DNA from: an uncultured delta proteobacterium | GTDB taxonomy: Bacteria > Myxococcota > Myxococcia > Myxococcales > Myxococcaceae | Length of the DNA stretch: 64,000 nucleotides | Assembly: GCA_963771175.1 (NCBI GenBank) | Contig: CAVYSY010000052.1 | Span: 128,001-192,000, forward strand | Reading direction: 5' to 3' | Program-made: the position numbers and the translations under genes | Shown here: piece by piece, positions 1 through 9,238 of the stretch | How the letters are laid out: the number at the start of each line of letters is the position of its first letter | Position numbering within the stretch: position 1 is the first letter of the stretch | Notes under the pieces: generated by a model | Seen by the model: only the letters and a program-made list of their open reading frames with translations | Told to the model about the DNA's origin: nothing | Databases searched by the model: none

Positions 1-495
1 GTGGACCTGGCGAAGCTGGGCACGCCCATGCTGCTGCTGAGCCTGGTGCTGATGTTCATCGGCGGCTCGCCGGGCGGCACCGCGGGCGGAGTGAAGACGA
101 GCACGGTGGCGGTGCTGATCTTCACCTTCCGCGCCCTGCTGCACAACCGCTCCGAGGTGGAGGTGATGGGGCGCAGCGTGCCCTCGGCCACGGTGTACCG
201 GGCGTGCGCGGTGACACTCATCTCCTTCGGCCTGCTCTTCGGGCTGGCCTTCCTGCTCTTCGCCGCCGAGCCCACCCTGCCCTTCCGCGACCTGCTCTTC
301 GAGGTGGTGAGCGCGTTCGGCACCGTGGGGGTGACCACCGGGGTGACGCCGCAGCTGTCCGCCCTGGGCAAGCTGGTGGTGTGCGCGGCCATGTTCGTGG
401 GGCGGCTGGGCCCCTTCACCCTGGCGCTCGCGGTGGGGCTGTCCAAGGCGCACGCGAGCTACAGCTACCCCTCGACCAAGATTGTCGTGGGCTGA
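1..495 (+). CDS. trkH: Trk/Ktr K+ uptake membrane subunit, C-terminal part (5' end outside window)
   Basis: Motifs MFIGGSPGGTAGGVK, FEVVSAFGTVG and MFVGRLGP; ends IVVG; followed by trkA. Confidence 0.92.
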   Translation: MDLAKLGTPMLLLSLVLMFIGGSPGGTAGGVKTSTVAVLIFTFRALLHNRSEVEVMGRSVPSATVYRACAVTLISFGLLFGLAFLLFAAEPTLPFRDLLFEVVSAFGTVGVTTGVTPQLSALGKLVVCAAMFVGRLGPFTLALAVGLSKAHASYSYPSTKIVVG

Positions 496-504
496 GGAGT
501 GACG

Positions 505-1167
505 ATGAAGACGTACGTGGTGGTGGGCCTGGGCCAGTTCGGTGAGTACGTGGCCCGGCGACTGTCCGAGTCGGGCGGCGAGGTGCTGGCGGTGGACCTC
601 TCGCTGGAGCGCGTGGAGGCGGTGAAGGACGTGGTGGCGCAGGCGATGCGGGCGGACTGCACCTCGGAGGAGGCGCTGCGGGCGCTGGGGGTGGGCAAGG
701 CGGAGGTGGCGGTGGTGGCCCTGGGCGAGGAGGACTTCGAGGCGGCGGTGCTGGGGACGGCGGTGCTCAAGGCGCTGGGGGTGAAGACGGTGGTGGCGCG
801 CTCCTCCAGCCGGCAGCGGGGGAAGATTCTGTCGCTGGCGGGGGCCTCGCGGGTGGTGTACCCGGAGGCGGAGATGGGCGAGCAGCTCGCGCGCAGCCTG
901 TTGCACACGTGCCTGCAGGCCAGCACCGAGCTGCCCAGTGGCTACGCGCTCGCCGAGCTCCAGGTGCCCGAGCTCGCCTCGGGCAAGAGCCTGCAACAAC
1001 TGCGGCTGCGGCAGACGCACGGGCTGAACGTCATCGCCATCCAGCACCGGGGCGTGGTGAACGAGCCCATCCCCGAGGCCATGCTGCACGCGGGGGACGT
1101 GCTCCTGGTGGCCGGCCGGGGCGAGCGCGTCGCGGCGCTCGCCCGGCTGTGGGAGCCGGGGCGGTAG
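505..1167 (+). CDS. trkA: Trk/Ktr K+ uptake NAD-binding subunit (RCK N and C domains)
   Basis: N-terminal VVGLGQFG Rossmann motif, VVYPEAEMG, C-terminal LNVIAI...GDVLLV; GAGG before ATG 505 (in-frame GTG at 499). Confidence 0.92.
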   Translation: MKTYVVVGLGQFGEYVARRLSESGGEVLAVDLSLERVEAVKDVVAQAMRADCTSEEALRALGVGKAEVAVVALGEEDFEAAVLGTAVLKALGVKTVVARSSSRQRGKILSLAGASRVVYPEAEMGEQLARSLLHTCLQASTELPSGYALAELQVPELASGKSLQQLRLRQTHGLNVIAIQHRGVVNEPIPEAMLHAGDVLLVAGRGERVAALARLWEPGR

Positions 1168-1173
1168 GCTCTT

Positions 1174-1605
1174 TCAAGGAAGAGTCGCCACCTGCCGCTC
1201 CATCAGACGGAGAAGCCGGGTCTTGAGAACACGATACTCATCGACCCGCTCGTCCTCCAGGCTCGACTCGGCATGGAAGCGAATCCCGACCCCGTCGAGC
1301 AGTGCCATGTGGGGCAGCGCCGCGCTCTCGAGCTCTCGCCCGAACGCCTCCAGCGCAGTGCGGAGCCGCTCCAGGCCCGTTCCATCCGCGGCCACGACAT
1401 CGAGGAAGCTCCGCACGGCATTGCCACCGGGCGTGAGGTCCAGCTCACTGTCCACCAGAGTGCCCGGGTACTGCTCGGCCACCGTCATGACAGCCGGACG
1501 CGCCCAGTCGATTCCTGGCGATTCCTGGCCCTGATGAAGGCTCAAGAAGGCATTGATGCCTTCCCGGGAGCTCCGCGAGCGCACGCGCTGTGCAGTCACA
1601 TACAT
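1174..1605 (-). CDS. Hypothetical protein, 143 aa
   Basis: ATG overlaps the upstream stop (TGATG at 1603-1607); globular composition. Confidence 0.65.
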   Translation of the reverse strand: MYVTAQRVRSRSSREGINAFLSLHQGQESPGIDWARPAVMTVAEQYPGTLVDSELDLTPGGNAVRSFLDVVAADGTGLERLRTALEAFGRELESAALPHMALLDGVGIRFHAESSLEDERVDEYRVLKTRLLRLMERQVATLP

Positions 1606-2483
1606 CAGTGCAACACCTCTCGGACCGAGCCGGGCTGCCCCATGAGCACGGGCCTGTCAGTCAGATTGAGAGACGCCCGGGCCGACGCCGGCTCGAGCTC
1701 GGGGGCGGAGAGCAGCCTCCGGACCGAATCCTCGCCGAGGATCAGCTCCCGCCAGCGTGACTTGAGCGCTCGAAGCGCCAGACGGAGACCCCTCCAGTCC
1801 TGTTCCGCCACATAGGCGCCAAGCTCCCGCAGCGGGAACTTGAGCTCATCGATCGCGGCATGCCAGCCGAACTCCTGCAGCCCGGACACACGGACGAAGA
1901 GCACCTCCCAGGTCGCGGCGATGCGCTGCTCCTCCTCCGACCCACCGGTGCTCTCGAGCAGCGCCTCAGAGCCCAGGAGGAGTTCCCGGTCCACGTCCTC
2001 CAGGAGCTCCAATGCCCACCTCCACCAGGAGCCCGGCATAGGCTGCCTCGGGGGAATCGCTCGTCGCACAAGGCAGGCATGTGCCATGGAACCCAGCCCG
2101 TCGACGGAGCCTGCCGCCAGCGCGAAAAGACGAGACCGGCGCGACTCGGTCCCATCATCCAGGCGATGGTAGCTGGCCATGGCGCGAGTTCGTGGTTCCG
2201 GCTGCGAGGCACTCTGCTCATCATGAGGCAGGCGTGCGATGGGCTCGTGGGTCTCGAGATCCGCCATGCTCGCGGTGTCCGAGAACGCCTCCGCGTGCGC
2301 CCGAACCGCATCCGACACCTGGAACTCGGGCAGGTCCTTGCGATGAAGGTACTTGCAGGTGGTCGTCCCCGGACGCTCGATGAGAGAGCCCCACTGAAGA
2401 CAGAACCCCGCCCCCCGACCCAGCGTCAGACCCTGCGCGGGGTTGTGGATGCAGTTCCGGCAGGAAAAGAGGTCCCGGTCCAT
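1605..2483 (-). CDS. Hypothetical protein with N-terminal CX2CX16CX14C metal-binding motif
   Basis: MDRDLFSCRNCIHN...GFCLQWG...TTCKY; starts 2 nt after the upstream stop; helical-looking C-terminal region. Confidence 0.7.
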   Translation of the reverse strand: MDRDLFSCRNCIHNPAQGLTLGRGAGFCLQWGSLIERPGTTTCKYLHRKDLPEFQVSDAVRAHAEAFSDTASMADLETHEPIARLPHDEQSASQPEPRTRAMASYHRLDDGTESRRSRLFALAAGSVDGLGSMAHACLVRRAIPPRQPMPGSWWRWALELLEDVDRELLLGSEALLESTGGSEEEQRIAATWEVLFVRVSGLQEFGWHAAIDELKFPLRELGAYVAEQDWRGLRLALRALKSRWRELILGEDSVRRLLSAPELEPASARASLNLTDRPVLMGQPGSVREVLH

Positions 2484-2485
2484 GT

Positions 2486-2956
2486 TCAAACCTTCGAGAA
2501 GTATTTGCGGACGAGGGGCCGGGCCCACTCCGTCAGCAACTTGCGAGCAACCCGACTCGTGTCAAACCTCCACAAGACGAGAGCCTCCCTGCGCATCCGC
2601 GCCCGCGGGAGGGCCCTGAACGCCAGATCCTGGGCCTTGGCATCCGCAGGGGAGGAGCACTCCTGCCTGAGCACGGCCAGGAGCTCCTCATGGCGCACCA
2701 CACCATGCTCGTCCGCCTTGGCCTCGGCCTCGTGGAATCGCCAGAGCTGAGGACCAAACATCTTGATGCTGTCGGGGTCCGTGCTGAGCGAGGTGTAGCG
2801 TGTCCGCTGGCCACGCGCATGCACGATGTGCTCCGCATAAGTCGACGAATCATCCCCGAGATTGGGAGGAGTGATGTCGTCAGCCTGGTCTCGTCGAAAA
2901 TAGTCCCGTCCCACCGCCCCTACCCCCGCCCTTTCCGTCTGGGAAGCGAGTATCAA
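2486..2956 (-). CDS. Putative ADP-ribosyltransferase-fold protein (R-S-E clade-like)
   Basis: YFRRD, AEHIVH, RYTSLSTD and RREALV occur in the order of the ART R / SxS / E motifs; start codon uncertain. Confidence 0.5.
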   Translation of the reverse strand: MILASQTERAGVGAVGRDYFRRDQADDITPPNLGDDSSTYAEHIVHARGQRTRYTSLSTDPDSIKMFGPQLWRFHEAEAKADEHGVVRHEELLAVLRQECSSPADAKAQDLAFRALPRARMRREALVLWRFDTSRVARKLLTEWARPLVRKYFSKV

Positions 2957-3037
2957 AGCTCGCTTCCTTCGAGGTCAAGATTCGCCTGCACCCCTGAGTC
3001 GCCGCGTCGTCTACCGAACGCGTCCTCCCCTGAGGGG

Positions 3038-3241
3038 TTACGCCGCTTCACCGCGCGAGAAGATGCGCCGCAGGAGCGCCTCGCCCTCGGAGCGCGGAGG
3101 CGCCGACGAGACGAAGGACGGCAGCCCGTACGCCCCGGGCCGAGAGTCCGTCCCGCAGCCTCCCGCTCCCCGTGCGCACGGGAAGTCGAGGCCCTCGCTG
3201 TCCGGCGTGGTGAACGGAGGCTGTCCGGTGTCGTGGAACAT
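3038..3241 (-). CDS. Possible small hypothetical protein, 67 aa
   Basis: ATG-started ORF MFHDTGQPPF...EALLRRIFSRGEAA in an otherwise empty gap. Confidence 0.3.
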   Translation of the reverse strand: MFHDTGQPPFTTPDSEGLDFPCARGAGGCGTDSRPGAYGLPSFVSSAPPRSEGEALLRRIFSRGEAA

Positions 3242-3501
3242 GGTGAACCCCCGGGAAGAGAACGCCGCACCTGACGCACTCTGCCATCCGGGTCTGACAT
3301 CCCAGGTCATCCAGCCCCGCGGGACTCAGTCCCGGTTGAGCTCGCAGTAGGCAAATCGCCTGGGAATGCCTCGCCCGAGGAGCGCCCTCTCCGCCCTCCG
3401 GGGAGCGACCTGGGGGACGAGCAACCTGTTCCCGCTCCATTGCCGTCTCATTCCCCCCACCCCCACGTTGGCAGCGGACACTCGAAAAGGAGTCCAACAC
3501 C

Positions 3502-4200
3502 ATGAAGTCCGTCATTCGAATGGGTCTGTGCGTCGCGGCGCTGTCGGGCGGCGCGGCTCTGGCAGGGGACGAATGGCAGGAGCCGGCGTGCGGCGGCTCC
3601 GGCCAGGAGGAGACCCAGCCGGTGTACGGCGGCGCCGGCCAGGAGGAGATTCAGCCGGTGTACCACTACGAGGAGACGGGGTCGGATACGGGCGCCTACG
3701 TCCTGCTGGGCGGCGGCACCGAGGGCCACACCGGCGGGAACGCGGCCGACCTGAACCTGGGCTTCGCCTACGGCGCCATCGTCGGCTTCAAGCCCCTCAA
3801 GATGATCGGCGTGGAGCTGGGCTACAGCGGCGCCCTCAACGACATCGACGCGGCCGGTCCGGGTGGCACGGCGGACGGCGCGGACATCATTCGCAACGGC
3901 GGCCAGGCGGCGGTCACCGTCGGCTTCACCCCGACGAGGCTCCAGCCCTACTTGCTGGGCGGCATCGGCATCCAGGACTACAACGTGCGCGGCCCCGGCG
4001 GGCTGTTCGGCTACGTCGATGACTTCAGCGGGTACGTGCCGGCCGGCCTGGGCCTGCGCTACAACATCGGCCCTCTCATCACCGCCGACGCCCGCGTGAG
4101 CTACAACGTCCCGTTGGCGCAGGACTTCGCCCCCGAGGGCGACAACGGCTTCTGGGATGGCCGTTACCAGGCGCTGCTGCAGCTCGGCGGCACCTACTAG
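3502..4200 (+). CDS. Outer-membrane beta-barrel protein (OmpA/OmpW-like)
   Basis: AAGGAG RBS, signal peptide ending ALA, amphipathic strands (VELGYSG, LQPYLLGGIG, AGLGLRY), terminal Tyr. Confidence 0.8.
   Translation: MKSVIRMGLCVAALSGGAALAGDEWQEPACGGSGQEETQPVYGGAGQEEIQPVYHYEETGSDTGAYVLLGGGTEGHTGGNAADLNLGFAYGAIVGFKPLKMIGVELGYSGALNDIDAAGPGGTADGADIIRNGGQAAVTVGFTPTRLQPYLLGGIGIQDYNVRGPGGLFGYVDDFSGYVPAGLGLRYNIGPLITADARVSYNVPLAQDFAPEGDNGFWDGRYQALLQLGGTY
3592..3663 (+). repeat. Two-copy 36-bp in-frame tandem repeat
   Basis: ggcggctccggccaggaggagacccagccggtgtac followed by ggcggcgccggccaggaggagattcagccggtgtac. Confidence 0.9.
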
Positions 4201-4272
4201 CCGGCGCACCGTCACCGGAAGGTCCGGGGGCCCTCGCGCCCGCGGGCCTCCCCGTGTTCGTTTCCGCGGCCC

Positions 4273-4626
4273 TCAGGGGAAGCGCGCGAGGAAGGCGCCC
4301 AGCTTCGCGCCCGCCGCCCGCGTCGCCGGCTCCATCCCCTTCGCCCCTTCCGCCGGCAGCTGCGACACCAACTCCAGCAGCGCCGGCTTCATCTCGTCCC
4401 ACGCCTCCGCGGCCTTCGCGTCGCTGTCGAAGTAGCGGCGGTGCACCAGCCAGCCCGACACCGTGCACGTCAGCGCATGGAACGAGCGCGACGCATCCTC
4501 CTCCAGCGTGAGTCGCAGCCCCGCCGGGTGCTCCTCGTCCCGGACGAGGGTGCCGCCCTCCGCCCCCTCCAGCCCCAGCGTGCTGCCACCCTCCACCGGC
4601 CTCCAGCCCTGCTCATCACTCATCAC
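4273..4626 (-). CDS. Hypothetical protein, 117 aa
   Basis: GGAGG upstream; GC-rich third positions; GSTLGLEGAEGG...RDEEH...LTLE...GWLVHRRYF. Confidence 0.7.
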   Translation of the reverse strand: MMSDEQGWRPVEGGSTLGLEGAEGGTLVRDEEHPAGLRLTLEEDASRSFHALTCTVSGWLVHRRYFDSDAKAAEAWDEMKPALLELVSQLPAEGAKGMEPATRAAGAKLGAFLARFP

Positions 4627-4948
4627 CGTGCCTGCCTCCCACGCGGGCCCACCCTCCTCCGTCCCGGAGCCACCGGCAACCCGCTCGTCCGCTCCCCGTG
4701 GGGTGCCGAGCAGCGCCCCGCCCGCCCGCTCGGAGAGCCCTCTATTTTTCGACGATTATCCCTCCTTATCTCCCGCACCCGCCGTATGGATTTTCGCCCG
4801 AGCTACCCGGGAAAGTCTGAAAGCCCTCGCGAAATCCACACCGGCACGCGTCTGGGAATGAGCGGCACGCGCAACTGTCGGAGTGCCGCCGCCCGGGCAG
4901 CCTGCCGTCCGGGCGTTCATTTCACCTTCAACGAGGAGTCCGACTTCC

Positions 4949-5395
4949 ATGTATCGCATCACCATCGCCGTCCTGCTCTCCACCGCCATCGGATGCGGCA
5001 CCAGCCGTAGCGCGACCGGGGGGCTCGCGGCGCGCGAGGGCAACGGCACCGTGGCGGGCATCATCACACTGGCCAATGAAGTGACACCGAGGACGGGGGA
5101 TTTCTGCGAGGGCGTCACCGTGAAGGTGACCCCGTCCGGCGCGCCCGAGGACACGCTGGGCGACCGCATGGTGAAGGTGAGCCGCAGCCGCTGCAGCTAC
5201 CAGGTGGCCCACCTGCCCACCGACGCGGAGCTGCAGCTCGCCGTGACGCCGTCCGCGGCCTGGCGCTGCGACAACGGCGCCACGCCCACGCTCGCCCCGG
5301 AGCCTCGGGCGCTCACGCTGCGCGACTACGAGACGCTCACGCGCGACTTCCGCGTGAGCTGCCCGGCGCCCGAGGCCGCTCCGGCCACGCCGTGA
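4949..5395 (+). CDS. Putative lipoprotein
   Basis: GAGGAG RBS; lipobox-like TAIGC; four further Cys. Confidence 0.7.
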   Translation: MYRITIAVLLSTAIGCGTSRSATGGLAAREGNGTVAGIITLANEVTPRTGDFCEGVTVKVTPSGAPEDTLGDRMVKVSRSRCSYQVAHLPTDAELQLAVTPSAAWRCDNGATPTLAPEPRALTLRDYETLTRDFRVSCPAPEAAPATP

Positions 5396-5451
5396 GGTAG
5401 TCCCGCTGTCCAGTGGAGTCCCGGCCCGAGCCAGGAGCCGGGGCTCCCGCG

Positions 5452-6246
5452 CTACCGGACGTCCCGGCCCAGGTGGCAGCGCTTGTACTTGAGCCCGCTG
5501 CCACACCAGCAGGGGGCGTTGCGATCCGGAAGCGCCTCTCGCAGCGAGGGCTGCGCCGCCAGCTCGTCGAGCAGCGCCCGGAACAGCGCGCCGATCCGCA
5601 GCAGGGAGTTCCTCGCCCGCTCGGCCTTTCCGCGCTGGGCGACGTCGAGCGAGCCCCCGAGGTCCTCGATGGCGAGCTCCATCTCGACGATGGCCTGGTT
5701 GGCGAACAGATCCTCCGCGTCCTCCTCGAATGGGTAGGCAGCGAGAGCCCGCTTCAAGGGCTCGATGGCGCGCGGGTCCCCGTAGCGCGACAGGTTCAAC
5801 GCGGCCTGCACCGGAGACTCCTGGAGCTGCGCGAGGAGCACCGGGAGGATGCGCTCGTCCCTCGACCCGGAGCGGGCCAGCACGGTGAGCAGGCCCAGAC
5901 GCTGCTCCGCCTCCCGGGTGCTCTCGAGCACCTCCAAGGCGGCCGGCACCACCGCGGGCCCCCACTCCTCGAGCCCAAAGAGGAGCGCGTCATGGAGCAT
6001 CTCCCCGGGCTCGCTGTGCCGCAGCCGCTCCAGCAGGGGCGCGAGGGCCTCGGGTGCCTTCAACTGCGCGAGCAGCTCGACCGCATGCACGGGCACCAAT
6101 CCCTCCGCCTCGCGGACGAGCTCCAGCAGCGGCGCCACCGCCTCGGAACCCAGCGCGAGGAGCTCCGAGCGCGGCTCCGCGGGCAGCTCCTCCTCGGCGT
6201 ACTCCAACAGCCTGCGCACCAACGTCCGCGCGTCGTGCTCACCCAT
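5452..6246 (-). CDS. HEAT-repeat protein with C-terminal SEC-C zinc motif
   Basis: C-terminal RNAPCWCGSGLKYKRCH; HEAT-like repeats (AVAPLLELV, ALAPLLERL, AIEPLKRAL); GGAGG RBS. Confidence 0.85.
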   Translation of the reverse strand: MGEHDARTLVRRLLEYAEEELPAEPRSELLALGSEAVAPLLELVREAEGLVPVHAVELLAQLKAPEALAPLLERLRHSEPGEMLHDALLFGLEEWGPAVVPAALEVLESTREAEQRLGLLTVLARSGSRDERILPVLLAQLQESPVQAALNLSRYGDPRAIEPLKRALAAYPFEEDAEDLFANQAIVEMELAIEDLGGSLDVAQRGKAERARNSLLRIGALFRALLDELAAQPSLREALPDRNAPCWCGSGLKYKRCHLGRDVR

Positions 6247-7420
6247 GGGGCCACCCTCCTCGCAGGTACCGATGGGCTTCCTCCACGAGCAGCGGATCAT
6301 GCGCCACCGTGAGCTGCTCGGGGAGAGGAGCCAGGAGCTGCCACACGCGCTCCCACCACTCCGCCAGCTCCGCGTCGTCCACCAGCCCGAGCCGGTGCAG
6401 GAACTCGCCCCACGGACGGAGCGCCATCGCCGTGGCGGCATGCACATGAGGGTGCAGCCCGCGGTCCTCGGGGAAGCTCACCACCCAGTGCGCCAGGTCC
6501 TTCGGGTCGGGCAGCAGCATGTCCCGGGGAGTCAGCACCCGGCCGCCATGCCCGAGCGGTCCGGGCATCAGGTGATAGAGCTCCGGGAAGATGAGCTGCG
6601 TGCGCCCCCACGGCCACCCCTGGCGGAGGCGCAGCTCCGGCTCGAGGGCCATCACCAGCGCCCGCTGCTCGTCGAACATGTCCCCCGGAGGAATCTGCAG
6701 CAGCGGCTCGGGAGGGTGCTTCCACGGCTGACGGCCGGTGCGCAGGAGCAAGGCCTTCTCGGCCCAGTGCGGCACCGCCCGGGCGAAGACCGAGAGCCGC
6801 TCGCCCAACCGCTCCATGGACAGGTCCGGCTCGCTCCGCAGCGCGGCGTCCATGCAGGTCAGCGCGGCGCGGGACACGTAGTCGACCTGCGTCCACTCGG
6901 CGAGCGTCTCGTCCTCGCGGACCTGGGACCAGCCATTCAGCAGACCGGCCCAGGCCTCATCGACCCGGCCGCGGTAGAGACACCACTCGGACAGGCGCAA
7001 CAGCAGGTCGGCATCCCCCGTGTCCCGAGCCAGCGCGGTGAGCGCCCCCGCCACGTCCCGGCCCGGCAGCCGCAGGGCCAGCTCCGCGCGCCAGGTGCGC
7101 ACCGCCGGCTCGACGTCGTACGCGCGCGGAGCGAGCTCCTTCCATGCATCGAGCACGCCCTCGAACTCCGCGTACCGCCCGGCGGCGTCGAGCACCTCCT
7201 CGAGGCGGCTCCCCACCTCGAAGAGGTCCTCCGGGTCGAAGCGCGGGTGACTGGCGGCCTCCCGCGCCAGCACCAGCTTCTCTTCGAGGGAGGCGGCCTC
7301 CAGCCGCTCGTAGAAGGTCAAGGGCAGCCCCGCCCCCTCCTGCTCGTCCACGGTTGGTTCTTCCGACCGGGCGGGCAACTCCCGCTTCCGCCACATCCTG
7401 TTCTGACGTTGATCACGCAT
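6239..7420 (-). CDS. Hypothetical alpha-helical protein, about 390 aa
   Basis: Long Leu/Glu/Ala/Trp-rich ORF overlapping the SEC-C gene by 8 nt; start uncertain. Confidence 0.7.
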   Translation of the reverse strand: MRDQRQNRMWRKRELPARSEEPTVDEQEGAGLPLTFYERLEAASLEEKLVLAREAASHPRFDPEDLFEVGSRLEEVLDAAGRYAEFEGVLDAWKELAPRAYDVEPAVRTWRAELALRLPGRDVAGALTALARDTGDADLLLRLSEWCLYRGRVDEAWAGLLNGWSQVREDETLAEWTQVDYVSRAALTCMDAALRSEPDLSMERLGERLSVFARAVPHWAEKALLLRTGRQPWKHPPEPLLQIPPGDMFDEQRALVMALEPELRLRQGWPWGRTQLIFPELYHLMPGPLGHGGRVLTPRDMLLPDPKDLAHWVVSFPEDRGLHPHVHAATAMALRPWGEFLHRLGLVDDAELAEWWERVWQLLAPLPEQLTVAHDPLLVEEAHRYLRGGWPHG

Positions 7421-7561
7421 TCGCGGGCCAATGTAGATCTGACCGCAGAAGTTGGCACGCGATTCTTACCTTTGATGTTGGGTGCAAGGGATGTGCACAG
7501 GGAACCGCGACGTCCAATGGGCCCTTGCCCGGCCCCGACCAGTCACGCTCTGCTCTCGCCC

Positions 7562-8888
7562 ATGTCGACTCCCGCGACCCACGAACCCCAGCAGCCACCC
7601 GCCCAGCGCCCGCTCACCAGACAGGACGCCAAGACGCTCGCACTGGCGGCACTGGGCGGTGCGCTGGAGTTCTACGACTTCATCATCTTCGTGTTCTTCA
7701 CCGCGGTCATCGGGCAGCTCTTCTTCCCGCCCGACACCCCCGAGTGGCTGCGCCAGTTGCAGGCGTTCGGACTGTTCGCGGCCGGCTATCTCGCGCGCCC
7801 CCTCGGCGGCATCGTCATGGCGCACTTCGGCGACCGCAGCGGCCGAAAGCGCATGTTCGCGCTGAGCGTGTTCATGATGGCGGTGCCGACGCTGCTCATC
7901 GGCGCGCTACCCACCTACGCCACGGCCGGTTACGCGGCGCCGCTGGCGCTGCTGGTGCTGCGCATGGTGCAGGGCGCGGCGGTGGGAGGTGAGGTGCCGG
8001 GCGCCTGGGTGTTCGTCTCCGAGCACGTGCCGGAGCACCGCGTCGGCTTCGCCTGCGGCACGCTCACCTCTGGCCTCACGTTCGGCATCCTGCTGGGCTC
8101 GCTGGTGGCGACGGCCATCAACAAGCTCTACAGCCCCGCGGAAGTGCTGGCCTTCGGCTGGCGCATCCCCTTCCTCGTGGGCGGCGTGTTCGGCTTCTTC
8201 GCCGTGTTCCTGCGCCGCTGGCTGGCCGAGACGCCGGTATTCGAGGAGATGCGCCAGCGCAAGGCCCTGGTGCGGGAGCTGCCGCTCAAGGCCGTGCTAC
8301 GCGGCCACGGCGTCGCGGTGGTGGTGTCCATGCTGCTCACCTGGGTACTCACCGCCGGCATCGTGGTGGTGATCCTCATGACGCCGACGTTCATGCAGAA
8401 GCTCTACGGCATCGCGCCGGCCCAGGCGCTGGAGGCCAACAGCGTGGCCACGCTGAGCCTCACCCTCGGCTGTGTCGTCTTCGGCCTGGTGCGCGGATCG
8501 CTTTGGCGCCGGCCGGATGCTGGGCCTCGGCTGCGTCGCGCTGCTCGGGTCGACGTACCTGCTCTATCGCGGCGTGGGCGCGACGCCGGAGCACCTCGTC
8601 TCGCTGTACGCGCTGACGGGCTTCTGCGTCGGAGTGGTCGGCGTGGTGCCCACGGTGATGGTGCGCGCCTTCCCCGCGGCGGTGCGCTTCTCGGGGCTCT
8701 CGTTCTCGTACAACGTGGCCTACGCCATCTTCGGCGGCCTGACGCCGCTGGTAGTCACCCTGATGATGAAGACCCAGCCGCTGGCGCCCGCGCATTACGT
8801 GGCGGGGCTGTGCGTGATGGGGATGCTGGTGGCGCTCTATCTCCTGAGCGCGGGGCGCGCGCGTTTCGCCGCGGTGAGCACCTCGTAG
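7562..8888 (+). CDS. MFS metabolite:H+ symporter (ProP/KgtP-like), one frameshift near 8490
   Basis: LGGALEFYDF, GDRSGRK, QGAAVGGEVPGA; continues in another frame as ADRFGAG...RFSGLSFSYNVAYAIFGG. Confidence 0.88.
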
Positions 8889-9092
8889 CGCGCCACCTCC
8901 GCTACCGCTCCTCGGAGGCCCGCCCGGCCGCGGCACCCGGTGGCGGACTTCCCCCCCTACGGAATCGTGCGGGGAGGGGGGCGCCGGGCACGGACTTCGG
9001 CAACCTGTCCACTAAGTGTACAAGTTCGTCGGAAGTGCGCCCGGGAGGCCAACAGACCCCGGAGCACAGGGGACTCCCCGAGTGGTTTTGAA

Positions 9093-9119
9093 AAACCTGT
9101 CCGACTGTCGGACAGGTTT
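9093..9119. repeat. 27-bp palindrome (REP-like), copy 1
   Basis: AAACCTGTCCGAC-T-GTCGGACAGGTTT, identical at 17938 and 29761. Confidence 0.9.
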
Positions 9120-9238
9120 CTGAAAAGTGCGCCCAGGAGGCGGGGGTTCTCAAGTGTCGGAGCTCGCGTGTGCGGTGCGGACGCACTGGCGCGGCTCGTT
9201 GCCCCTGAAGGATTCATTTCAGAGGGTCTGGCACCGCA

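Noticed and set aside
7452..7470. TTGGCACG as a sigma54 -24 box upstream of the MFS gene
   Set aside because: The TTGC -12 element is missing at the required spacing
5849..7561. Apparent long N-terminal extension on the MFS transporter (1080-aa ORF)
   Set aside because: Antisense shadow of the two minus-strand genes; the transporter starts at ATG 7562
8480..8500. Programmed frameshifting in the MFS gene and other split genes
   Set aside because: No slippery heptamer or stimulatory structure seen, and indels are widespread, so sequencing error is simpler
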